A DNA stretch of 64,000 bases from Clostridiales bacterium (GTDB taxonomy: Bacteria > Bacillota > Clostridia > Christensenellales > CAG-314): assembly GCA_022508305.1 (NCBI GenBank), contig JAFLVM010000003.1, forward strand, positions 39,111 to 103,110, read 5' to 3'. Under the pieces are notes generated by a model, which saw only the letters and a list, made by a program, of their open reading frames with translations, was not told the origin of the DNA and did not search any database. The position numbers were made by a program, and so were the translations under genes. Below, piece by piece: positions 1-10,924 of this stretch (position 1 is the stretch's first letter; each line of letters starts with the position of its first letter).

Positions 1-2
1 AA

Positions 3-1085
3 TCCGAAAAGGTTGAAAGAGTACTTACAGGTATCAATCTTGACGTGGGAGTAGTACAACGCGAATTCACGGTTGGCGAGGAATTTAATTGCGACGGACT
101 GCTTGTACGCGCAAACTACAACCTTGAACCCCTCACCGAAACAATTATTGCCTACTCCGTAGTAGACAATGAAGTATTTGACAGACTGTCCAACGTTAGC
201 GAAATTAAGGTATGCTACGTACTTCGCCCCGACGTCAGTGAGGCCGGAATCAAGTTCGTAACCGTCAAATACGCAGACCAAACGGCAATTTACACGATTT
301 CTATCAAGAATGCTCCCGTTGCGGAAGTTAAGGAAGAACAACCCGCTCCCGTAGAGGCTAAGGAACAACCCGCAGAGCCGGTAGTAGTTGAGAAAATCGT
401 TGAAAAGCCCGTAGTGGTTGAAAAGATAGTAGAAGTAGAAAAGATCGTCGAAAAGCCTGTCGTGGTCGAGACGGTTGTTGAGAAACCCGTAGTGGTTGAA
501 CGCGTCGTTGTTAAGGAACAACCCGCAGAAACCGTCATCATTGACGAGGAGTCCATTGAGGCTGGCAAGCTGCGTTACGACAAGAGCTTTACCGCGCGTT
601 TCATTCAGTCCGACGACGACGTGAAGCACTGGTACACTCAAGTCAAGAACGAACTTCTATCTTTCCAAAAAGCTAAAGCTCGCATAAGCTGGAAACGCGA
701 AACCTTCAAGGCGAACAAGCAAGTAGTAGCTATGTTGGCATACCGCGGAAAGACCTTGTGTCTGTTCCTGCCGTTGAACCCCAACGACTACGCCAATTCC
801 AAGTTCGACGTTGAAGACGCGTCAAAGGTTCCTGCTTACGCTGAAACTCCCGCTCTCATCCGCCTGAAGAATGACAAGCACGTCAAGTTTGCATTGGAAT
901 TGATTGGCGAGGCAATGAAGCAGAAGGGCGTCGATCGCAACGTTGCTTACGTTTCCGAAGACTTCTACCTTCCCTACGAGGGCATTGTAGAACTTATCAA
1001 TAAGGGACTTGTAAAGCGCGAAATCAAGACCGCGGCAGACGAAGCGGTTTTCGAGCGCGGCAAGCAAACCGAGGACGACGAATAG
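3..1085 (+). CDS. 5'-truncated protein: Ig-like (Big_3-like) segment, V/E/K/P-rich low-complexity linker, uncharacterised C-terminal domain
   Basis: Frame is open from base 3 (SEKVERVLTGINLDVG...), so the true start lies upstream of the window. FTVGEEFNCDGLLVRANY resembles Big_3; repeated VVEKIVEKP units follow. Confidence 0.7.
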   Translation, partial: SEKVERVLTGINLDVGVVQREFTVGEEFNCDGLLVRANYNLEPLTETIIAYSVVDNEVFDRLSNVSEIKVCYVLRPDVSEAGIKFVTVKYADQTAIYTISIKNAPVAEVKEEQPAPVEAKEQPAEPVVVEKIVEKPVVVEKIVEVEKIVEKPVVVETVVEKPVVVERVVVKEQPAETVIIDEESIEAGKLRYDKSFTARFIQSDDDVKHWYTQVKNELLSFQKAKARISWKRETFKANKQVVAMLAYRGKTLCLFLPLNPNDYANSKFDVEDASKVPAYAETPALIRLKNDKHVKFALELIGEAMKQKGVDRNVAYVSEDFYLPYEGIVELINKGLVKREIKTAADEAVFERGKQTEDDE

Positions 1086-1215
1086 TAGGATTCGGGGGTT
1101 CCACTAAAACAGGGTCGCTAAGCCTTGTTAGCAGCATTTATGACCAACCAAAACAAACCGCTTTACTGCGACTGTTTTGTAGCGGAACCCCATTCCCTTT
1201 TTTAACCACAAATTC

Positions 1216-1290
1216 AAATTGCTTATCTGAACTAAGATAAGCAATTTTTTTATTTTTCAAAAAGGCTCATTCCTTAGGAATTGAGCCTTG
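1216..1290. terminator. Two hairpins between convergent genes (bidirectional terminators)
   Basis: AAATTGCTTATCT/AGATAAGCAATTT followed by a T-run; AAGGCTCA...TGAGCCTT. Confidence 0.75.
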
Positions 1291-1326
1291 TTAATACATA
1301 TTATTTGATTGATTTGTGGTGCATTT

Positions 1327-3006
<1,680 letters not shown>

Positions 3007-3250
3007 ATTTTCACCTGTTTGTAGCCTTTTTTGCTATTGTTTTTGCCGTAGCGGCTGATTTTTGTTAGTGTGAGCCGCTGTTTCAACGTAAATTATACAG
3101 TATTTTATAGGGAATTTCAATATAATATAAAAAATATAATTTATTTGAAATTTTGCGCGCCAACAGTACACAATGTAGATATTTTATGCTAATATATACG
3201 ATAGATAAGTATATTTTGTTGCAATTTACGCTGCAAAAAGGTGGAAAACA

Positions 3251-5650
3251 ATGGACGTTGAGGCTTTCGTAAACAATTTATCCGTTGCTGAAAAGGCAAC
3301 ATTGACGCACGGTCAAGGAGCCTGGCACACAAATTCAGTAAACGGCTTGCCGACTATCATGATGACGGACGGGCCGCACGGTTTACGCAAGCAAGCAGAT
3401 TCTAACCACGGAATCAACGACAGCAATCGCGCAACCTGTTTTCCAACGGCGTCGGCGGTGGCAAGTTCTTGGAACAGAGCAAACGCTCAAGCCATTGCTG
3501 AAAGTATAGCGGACGAGGCAATAGCAGAGGACGTTTCCGTAGTACTTGGTCCCGGCGTGAACATCAAACGCAGTCCTTTGTGTGGGCGCAACTTCGAGTA
3601 CTTTTCGGAGGATCCGCTGCTTGCAGGTGAACTTGCAACGAATTTCGTTTTCGCTATGCAGGCGAAAGGCATTGGTTGTTCACTCAAGCACTTTGCCGTG
3701 AACTCACAGGAAACCCGCCGTATGACGATGAACGCGATAGTGGACGAAAGGGCGCTACGGGAAATCTACCTTGCCGCATTCGAAAGGGCGGTAAAGCAAG
3801 CGCAACCCTACACGATAATGGCGGCTTACAACAAAATAAACGGCGACAGCTGCGCTTTGAACAAGCGGTTTTTGACGGATATTTTACGCGACGAATGGGG
3901 ATTTAAGGGCTTGGTTGTGTCCGACTGGGGCGCAAGCTACGACATGGGCAAAGCCTACGCGGCAGGATTGGATCTCGAAATGCCTGACGGAGGTTACTTC
4001 CACGAGCAAAAGACCGTCAAGGCGGTAGAACGCGGCGAACTGGATGAAAAGGACTTGAACAGGGCTGCGTCCAAAGTCGTTGAGCTTGTTCAAAAGTGCA
4101 ACGTTGAGAAAAACAAGCAGCCTGTTGACTACGGCAAGCACCACGAGCTGTGCAGAAGAATAGCTGCAGATTCGGCAGTTTTGCTCAAAAACGACGGCAT
4201 TTTGCCACTTCACAAAAACAGTCGGTTGCTCGTTGTGGGTGAGCTTGCGGAAAAACCCCGTTTTCAAGGCGCGGGAAGCAGTCACGTCAACGCTCAGTGC
4301 AAGTCATTTTTGCAGGTTCTTGAAGAAAACGGCGTAGAATTCACTTACGCCAAGGGCTACAGCGTCTACGGCGACACCGTATACGAACAGTTGGAACAGG
4401 AAGCTGCAAAGCTTGCAGTGAAATGCGACACGGTGCTTTTCTTTGGCGGACTTACCGACGACTTTGAGGGCGAGGGCTATGACCGCAGTAAACTGGACAT
4501 ACCCAACTGTCAGCAAAGTCTGCTAAAAGAAATTTCCAAGCACAATCCCAACGTAGTGTTCGTTGCTTTTGGCGGCTCACCGTTCGTAACGCCGTGGCTC
4601 GACCAAGTAAAGGCGCTACTCAACGTGTATTTGGGTGGCGAGGCGGTAACGGAAGCCATTTACGATTTGGTATTCGGCAACGTTAGTCCAAGCGGACGGC
4701 TTGCTGAAACCTACCCGCTTAAGCTGTCCGACACGCCATGCTACAACTACTTTGCTAACGGCTACGACGTAGATGAACACCGCGAAAGCGTATTCGTTGG
4801 ATACCGTTACTACAATACTTTTGGCGTACCCGTTCAGTTCCCCTTTGGCTACGGACTGTCCTATACGCATTTCGACTACTCCAACCTAAAAGTTGCCAAG
4901 ACAGCCGACGGTTACGACGTGAACGTCACCGTCAAAAATATGGGCAAGTGCGACGCAAGCGAGGTAGTGCAAATTTACGTAGACAACTGCGACTGCGGTT
5001 ACATGCGCCCGAAACGCCAACTTGCAGGATTTACTAAAGTATTTGTTAAGGGCGGTGAGAGTGAAGATGTTACCGTTCACGTTGAAAGTCGTGCGTTTAG
5101 CATTTTCGTTGACGGTCAGTTTAGAGTAGTCAAGGGTAAGTACGCCGTTGCAGTGTGCAAGGACGTAGAGCAAGTTGTTCTTTCTCAACAAATTGACGTA
5201 GACGGCGAAGCTATCAAAGGAAATGACAGGGAACTGTATCCAACCTACTTTGAACGTAATTTGCGCGAGGAAGACGGTAATCAAGGCGGTTGGGAAATTG
5301 ACGAACAGCAGTTTTATGCCTTGGCAAATGCAAAAAAGATTGAGTACACCCCACCAAAACGCGGGCAATACACTCTTCAACACACTTTGGGAGACATGGC
5401 TGTCAACGTAGGATTAGCGCGTACTGTGCTCAAATTCGTAAAGAGAATGGCAATCAAGCAATCTCCCACCAAGAGATTCGACGACCCCGTAGCGCAAATG
5501 ATTTGCCGCGGCGCAATGGAAACTCCGCTCATTTCGTTAATGAGTACGGGCGGCGTTGCTGCCAAATACGTGATGTTTTTCCTGCATCACGCAAATAGAC
5601 GTCACGGCAAAGCGTTAGCCGCTTTGTTGGGTAAATACAGTGTAGAATAA
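3251..5650 (+). CDS. GH3 beta-glucosidase
   Basis: DGPHGLRK, GRNFEYFSEDP, KHFAVN, VSDWG nucleophile, FPFGYGLSY, Fn3-like C-terminal region. Confidence 0.93.
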   Translation: MDVEAFVNNLSVAEKATLTHGQGAWHTNSVNGLPTIMMTDGPHGLRKQADSNHGINDSNRATCFPTASAVASSWNRANAQAIAESIADEAIAEDVSVVLGPGVNIKRSPLCGRNFEYFSEDPLLAGELATNFVFAMQAKGIGCSLKHFAVNSQETRRMTMNAIVDERALREIYLAAFERAVKQAQPYTIMAAYNKINGDSCALNKRFLTDILRDEWGFKGLVVSDWGASYDMGKAYAAGLDLEMPDGGYFHEQKTVKAVERGELDEKDLNRAASKVVELVQKCNVEKNKQPVDYGKHHELCRRIAADSAVLLKNDGILPLHKNSRLLVVGELAEKPRFQGAGSSHVNAQCKSFLQVLEENGVEFTYAKGYSVYGDTVYEQLEQEAAKLAVKCDTVLFFGGLTDDFEGEGYDRSKLDIPNCQQSLLKEISKHNPNVVFVAFGGSPFVTPWLDQVKALLNVYLGGEAVTEAIYDLVFGNVSPSGRLAETYPLKLSDTPCYNYFANGYDVDEHRESVFVGYRYYNTFGVPVQFPFGYGLSYTHFDYSNLKVAKTADGYDVNVTVKNMGKCDASEVVQIYVDNCDCGYMRPKRQLAGFTKVFVKGGESEDVTVHVESRAFSIFVDGQFRVVKGKYAVAVCKDVEQVVLSQQIDVDGEAIKGNDRELYPTYFERNLREEDGNQGGWEIDEQQFYALANAKKIEYTPPKRGQYTLQHTLGDMAVNVGLARTVLKFVKRMAIKQSPTKRFDDPVAQMICRGAMETPLISLMSTGGVAAKYVMFFLHHANRRHGKALAALLGKYSVE

Positions 5651-5671
5651 ACTTCGAAAAGAGGAGAAAAT

Positions 5672-7069
5672 ATGAGTATCAAGGTCAACTACAACAACGT
5701 AATGAAACACGCAATCGGAGAGCAAGGTATCCCCGAAATCGAGTACAAATCGCATCAGCTTTTGGCTGAAGCGGCGCACGCGAAGGTAGAGGCGGGCAGA
5801 GGCAAGGACATGCAGGGTTGGATGGACAGCCCCTACAACCAAAAGGAAGTAGTCAAGCAAATCAACGCGACTGCCAAGCGCATACGTAAAACCTGCGAAA
5901 GTTTTGTAGTCTTGGGTATAGGCGGCTCGGCGCTCGGACCGATAGCAGTGTTTACTGCGCTCAAACACCTGTACTACAACGAACTGCCCAAGAAGGTCAG
6001 AAAAGGCCCCAAATTCTACGTAATTGACAACGTGGACCCCGAACGTATGAACGCGCTATTCGACGTCATTGATCTTGACAAGACGGTTTTCAACGTCATT
6101 ACCAAATCAGGCGCAACAAGCGAAACGATGAGCCAATACCTCATCATTATGGACATGCTGGTTAAACGGTTCGGCGACAAGGCGGGTGAGCACGTAATAG
6201 CTACAACAAGCGAGTTCAAGGGCAACCTTATCAAGATTGCGAGGGAACACAACATCGAAACCTTCTACATTCCCGAAGGCGTAGGCGGCCGTTTTTCCGA
6301 GCTGTCGCCTGTAGGACTGTTGCCCGCGGCGGTAGTGGGCATTGACATCGCCGAAATGCTCCGCGGAGCGCGCGAAATGGACAAAAAGTGCAAGACAAAC
6401 AACATGTGGCGTAACCCCGCGCTTGCGCTTGCTACAATTCAGTATATTTCCATCAAAAGCGGCAAAAATATCGGCGTAATTATGCCGTACGCCGACAGTC
6501 TCAAGTACATTGCCGACTGGTATGCTCAGCTGTGGGCGGAGAGTTTAGGCAAAGAGGTGGATAGCGAAGGCAACAAGGTCAACGTCGGACAAACTCCTGT
6601 AAAGGCTTTGGGCGTCACCGACCAACACAGTCAGGTACAGCTGTTCAACGAAGGCCCGTACGACAAGGTTATCACCTTCATCGAAGTGGGCAATTTCCGC
6701 AACGATTGTACAATTCCCAACGGTTGTGAGAGCTACCCCGACGTCAATTTCTTGTGCGGACACACGCTCGGCGAACTGATGAACAGCGAACTGTTTGCCA
6801 CACGCTACAACCTCGTTCAGCGACACAGGGCTAACTACACGATATACCTTGACACCGTAGACGAATACCACGTTGGCGCGCTGCTGTACCTCATGCAGCT
6901 TCAAACAGCCTACGCAGGCGCAATGTTTGACGTTGACGCCTACAATCAACCGGGCGTAGAAGGTGGCAAGAATGCCGCTTACGCATTGTTTGGACGCAAG
7001 GGCTACGAGGCTAAGGCGGCAGAAATCAACAGCGCGAAGGCTGACGACGACAAATACATTATTGAGTAA
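5672..7069 (+). CDS. pgi: Glucose-6-phosphate isomerase
   Basis: GIGGSALG, TKSGATSET, VGGRFS, QLWAESLGK, DQHSQVQL, QPGVE motifs; RBS GAGGAG. Confidence 0.96.
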   Translation: MSIKVNYNNVMKHAIGEQGIPEIEYKSHQLLAEAAHAKVEAGRGKDMQGWMDSPYNQKEVVKQINATAKRIRKTCESFVVLGIGGSALGPIAVFTALKHLYYNELPKKVRKGPKFYVIDNVDPERMNALFDVIDLDKTVFNVITKSGATSETMSQYLIIMDMLVKRFGDKAGEHVIATTSEFKGNLIKIAREHNIETFYIPEGVGGRFSELSPVGLLPAAVVGIDIAEMLRGAREMDKKCKTNNMWRNPALALATIQYISIKSGKNIGVIMPYADSLKYIADWYAQLWAESLGKEVDSEGNKVNVGQTPVKALGVTDQHSQVQLFNEGPYDKVITFIEVGNFRNDCTIPNGCESYPDVNFLCGHTLGELMNSELFATRYNLVQRHRANYTIYLDTVDEYHVGALLYLMQLQTAYAGAMFDVDAYNQPGVEGGKNAAYALFGRKGYEAKAAEINSAKADDDKYIIE

Positions 7070-7085
7070 TTGATTAGGAGTAAAA

Positions 7086-8327
7086 ATGTTACCTAAAACA
7101 CCGGCCAAGGGCATGAGAGATTTCCTGCCCAAGGAATTTGCTCTCAGACAGCAAATTTTGGCAACCATACAAAAGACTTACGAAAGCTACGGCTTTACGC
7201 GTATCGAAACGCCCGCCGTGGAAAACATAGAACTGCTGACCTCTAAGCAGGGCGGCGACAACGAAAAGCTCATTTTTAAAATTTTGAAGCGCGGTGAAAA
7301 GTTGGAAAACGCCGCGGACAACGAGCTGTGCGACTTGGGTCTACGATACGACCTAACGGTGCCTCTTGCGCGTTTTTACGCTAACAACGTGGGTCAACTG
7401 CCCGCAGTGTTCAAGTCCATTCAAATGGACAGCGTTTGGCGCGCAGACCGTCCTCAACGCGGCCGTTTCCGTCAGTTTGTACAGTGCGACATTGACGTGA
7501 TAGGCGAGGAAAGCAACCTTGCGGAAGTGGAGCTCATTTCCGCAACCATGTGTACGCTGTCTAACCTCGGTTTCAACGACGTAACCGTGCGTATTTCCGA
7601 CAGACGTTTGCTCAACGCCCTTGTGGAGCGTTCGGGATTTACCGACGAGCAAAAGCAATCTGTGTTTATCGCCCTTGACAAATTGGACAAAATTGGAGTA
7701 ACGGGCGTTATGCAGGAAATAGAAAGTATCGCGCCGGGCAAAGCGGTGGACTTTATCAATCTCATCAATCGCATAACCTCTGCAGACAATCCATTTTCTA
7801 AGTGCGTAGAGGAATTGGGCAGTTACCTACCCCAAGAGGTCAAGCAAAATCTAAGCGAGATACTGTTCGTCACCAACAACGTTGTACAAAACGGACGTGT
7901 CGTGTTTGACGTGACGCTTGTGCGCGGCATGGGCTACTACACCGGTACAATCTACGAGGTTACGGTGGACGGCTTGAACAGCGCTGTAGCGGGCGGCGGC
8001 AGATACGACAAAATGATTGGCAAAATCACAGGCAGCGACGTTCCCGCTTGCGGATTTAGCATAGGCTTTGAACGTATTGCCCTGCTGATGAGCGAACGTG
8101 GTGTACAGAATAACGCGGCTAAAGGTACGGCGGTGCTCGTAGACAAGAGCTTGGACGCACAAACGCTGACGGTTGTGTTGAACACGTGCAGAAGTATGCG
8201 CAAGACTCAAAACGTCACCGTGCTCAAAAAGATTAAGAACTTCGGCTACCAGCTCAAACAACTAAAAGAGCAGGGGTACGAGGTTATTTACGAATACAGA
8301 AACGGAACTTTTAACAAAATAGACTGA
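7086..8327 (+). CDS. hisS: Histidine--tRNA ligase
   Basis: KGMRDF, LRYDLTVP, WRADRPQRGRFRQF, LVRGMGYYTG, GGGRYD, GFSIGFER. Confidence 0.96.
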   Translation: MLPKTPAKGMRDFLPKEFALRQQILATIQKTYESYGFTRIETPAVENIELLTSKQGGDNEKLIFKILKRGEKLENAADNELCDLGLRYDLTVPLARFYANNVGQLPAVFKSIQMDSVWRADRPQRGRFRQFVQCDIDVIGEESNLAEVELISATMCTLSNLGFNDVTVRISDRRLLNALVERSGFTDEQKQSVFIALDKLDKIGVTGVMQEIESIAPGKAVDFINLINRITSADNPFSKCVEELGSYLPQEVKQNLSEILFVTNNVVQNGRVVFDVTLVRGMGYYTGTIYEVTVDGLNSAVAGGGRYDKMIGKITGSDVPACGFSIGFERIALLMSERGVQNNAAKGTAVLVDKSLDAQTLTVVLNTCRSMRKTQNVTVLKKIKNFGYQLKQLKEQGYEVIYEYRNGTFNKID

Positions 8328-8331
8328 CGAT

Positions 8332-10863
8332 ATGAACGAAAAAGACAACAAACAACTAAAAAAACGGCTCAAACGCGCCAAAAATCTCGACGGTGTAGAA
8401 CGTTTTGCTCCGCCATCGGACGTTGGTTTGACCGCTGAACAGGTTGAAACACGCAGAGAGCAAGGTTTAGTCAACGTTGACAAGACCAAGCACGGCAAGA
8501 GTGTGCTTGGTATAATCTTTTCCAACGTTTTTACCTTTTTCAACCTTATTTACATTATCATTGCGGTGATACTTTGCCTGAACGGTTTGGCGGATCAGTG
8601 CACGTTTTTGCCTGTGGTAATTACTAACACGCTCATTGCAATTGTGCAGGAAATCAAGTCCAAAGTGACGTTAGACAGGCTCAATCTCATTACGGAACCG
8701 AAGATAAAGGTGTTGCGCGACGGCGATTGGACGGAAGTTGCAGTTACCGAACTTGTTTTGGACGACGTGGTGACGCTGATGAGCGGCGAGCAAATCACTG
8801 CCGATTGCACCGTTTTGGGCGGACAGGTTGAGGTAAACGAGTCTATTTTGACGGGCGAAAGCGACGCGGTTGTCAAACGTCAAGGTGACACCCTCTATGC
8901 AGGTAGCTACGTTGTGTCGGGTATTTGTTCGGCGCAGGTAACGGCAGTGGGTAAGTTTAACTACGTTTCCGGTCTAACAAGTCGCGCCCGCAAGTTCCAA
9001 AAGCCCCGTTCCCAAATGCTAAAAGCATTGAACGGTATTTTGATTTTCGTAGCTATCGTGGTTGTTCCAATGACGATAGGTCTGTTTATGGTCAACTACG
9101 AATACCCGTTTGTCAAACAGGGACTTGTTGCAAATTGGGCGGATTTTTCGGTTTTCCATCTCGACGAGAATTTCGGTATACCTGCGCTCAAACTCACGGC
9201 AGGCTCTATCATTTCTATGATACCGGCAGGACCATTCCTGCTTACGAGCATCGCGCTTGCGGCGTCCTTTTTGAGGCTTGCTAAGGGTAAAACAATGGTG
9301 CAGGAGCTGTACTGTATCGAAATGCTTGCCCGCGTTGACACGCTGTGCCTTGACAAAACGGGAACTATCACCGACGGCACTATGCGCGTAATCGAGGGCA
9401 TAGACCTGCGTCAAAGCAGCACTTACACGCTGCGAGAGATAATCGGCAGCATGAATGCGGCATTAAAAGCGGACAACATGACGAGTAAGGCTCTCAAGCA
9501 GTACTTTGGTTCACCGCAAAAGCCCGCGTTGGAGGCTTTGGCGGTCATTCCCTTTTCTTCAGACAGAAAACTGTCCGCCGTTTCCTTCAAAAACAACGGC
9601 ACCTACATTCTCGGCGCGCCCGAGTTTGTTTTGAAAACTCCTAATGAACGCGTCAACGATTTAATAGAAAAGTATGCCAAGGAAGGCTTACGCGTGCTGT
9701 TGCTTGCGCACTCGTCAACGACTATTTACAACAGTGAAACTTTGCCCGAAGCGCGCAGACCGGTTGCGGTCATCGTAATTGAAGACCACATTCGTAGCGA
9801 CGCCAAGGACACCATTGAGTGGTTCAAGAAAAACGACGTAAAGATAAAGGTTATTTCCGGTGACAATCCTATTTCCGTGTCCAGCATCGCTATGCGCGTG
9901 GGTGTGGAAAACGCAGAGGAATACATCAGTCTTGAAGGTTTGACCGACGAGCAAGTGCGCGAGGCGGCGACGAAGTACACGGTATTCGGCAGAGTGTCTC
10001 CCGATCAAAAGGCAATTCTCGTAAAGGCTATGAGAGCGGCAGGTAGCACTGTTGCAATGACGGGCGACGGCGTCAACGACATACTTGCAATGAAGGAAGC
10101 GGACTGTTCCATTTCTCTTGCAGGCGGTAGCGATGCAGCGCGCAAGGTGTCTCACTTGGTACTTTTGGATGACAGCTTTTCTAACCTTCCCAAGGTGGTT
10201 GCCGAGGGTAGGCGAGTTGTCAACAACATTCAAAGCGCAACGTCCATGTACTTTATGAAGACGGTGTACGTAATACTAATCAATTTGTTGTTGATTGTTT
10301 TGCATTTCGGCTTCAATCAAACGATGCAATCGCCACTTACCAACAAGAGTGTTATGCTCATGGACTGGGTAATAGTGGGCTTGCCGACGACGCTACTTGC
10401 GCTTCAACCCAACGAGCGGCTTATCAAAGGCAAATTCTTCAGTAACGTGCTTAAACGTTGCTTGCCGGCGTCGTTTACATTCATTTTGACCACCGTGACG
10501 TTTTACGCATTGCAAATGTACGACGAAACGTTAGTTCCGTCAGCAGAACAGCTTGGCACACTCGTAACTCTTACCTACACGTTTGGCGGACTGTTTGCGC
10601 TGTTCTACGCATGTCAGACCTTCAACAGGTGGAAGATAGCAATGTACGTCGGCATTTGGGCGATAGTGTTAGCAGCCGTATTCATACCGTTTACTTACGC
10701 GTTCTTAGATTACGTAGCGCTTGGCAGAGAACAATTGTTGTTGCTACTCGTGGCAATATTGGCGTCACCGTTTATTCTGTTCGTATTTATGCGAGTGTTT
10801 CAGCAGACAAAAATGCCGCTTAAAGGCAAATTGCCCAAATTAGCGAAAAGGAAAATCAAATAA
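8332..10863 (+). CDS. Cation-transporting P-type ATPase (CtpE-like)
   Basis: TGES, DKTGT phosphorylation site, GAPE, ISGD, GDGVND; multiple TM helices. Confidence 0.9.
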   Translation: MNEKDNKQLKKRLKRAKNLDGVERFAPPSDVGLTAEQVETRREQGLVNVDKTKHGKSVLGIIFSNVFTFFNLIYIIIAVILCLNGLADQCTFLPVVITNTLIAIVQEIKSKVTLDRLNLITEPKIKVLRDGDWTEVAVTELVLDDVVTLMSGEQITADCTVLGGQVEVNESILTGESDAVVKRQGDTLYAGSYVVSGICSAQVTAVGKFNYVSGLTSRARKFQKPRSQMLKALNGILIFVAIVVVPMTIGLFMVNYEYPFVKQGLVANWADFSVFHLDENFGIPALKLTAGSIISMIPAGPFLLTSIALAASFLRLAKGKTMVQELYCIEMLARVDTLCLDKTGTITDGTMRVIEGIDLRQSSTYTLREIIGSMNAALKADNMTSKALKQYFGSPQKPALEALAVIPFSSDRKLSAVSFKNNGTYILGAPEFVLKTPNERVNDLIEKYAKEGLRVLLLAHSSTTIYNSETLPEARRPVAVIVIEDHIRSDAKDTIEWFKKNDVKIKVISGDNPISVSSIAMRVGVENAEEYISLEGLTDEQVREAATKYTVFGRVSPDQKAILVKAMRAAGSTVAMTGDGVNDILAMKEADCSISLAGGSDAARKVSHLVLLDDSFSNLPKVVAEGRRVVNNIQSATSMYFMKTVYVILINLLLIVLHFGFNQTMQSPLTNKSVMLMDWVIVGLPTTLLALQPNERLIKGKFFSNVLKRCLPASFTFILTTVTFYALQMYDETLVPSAEQLGTLVTLTYTFGGLFALFYACQTFNRWKIAMYVGIWAIVLAAVFIPFTYAFLDYVALGREQLLLLLVAILASPFILFVFMRVFQQTKMPLKGKLPKLAKRKIK

Positions 10864-10924
10864 AACAATTAAATTCTAAAATTTTGACGGTTTTTACCGT
10901 CAAAATTAATATTTAGGGAAAATT

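Noticed and set aside
1087-1200. SRP RNA or 6S RNA
   Set aside because: No GGAA-tetraloop SRP core despite GCAGC; too short and no evident promoter for 6S.
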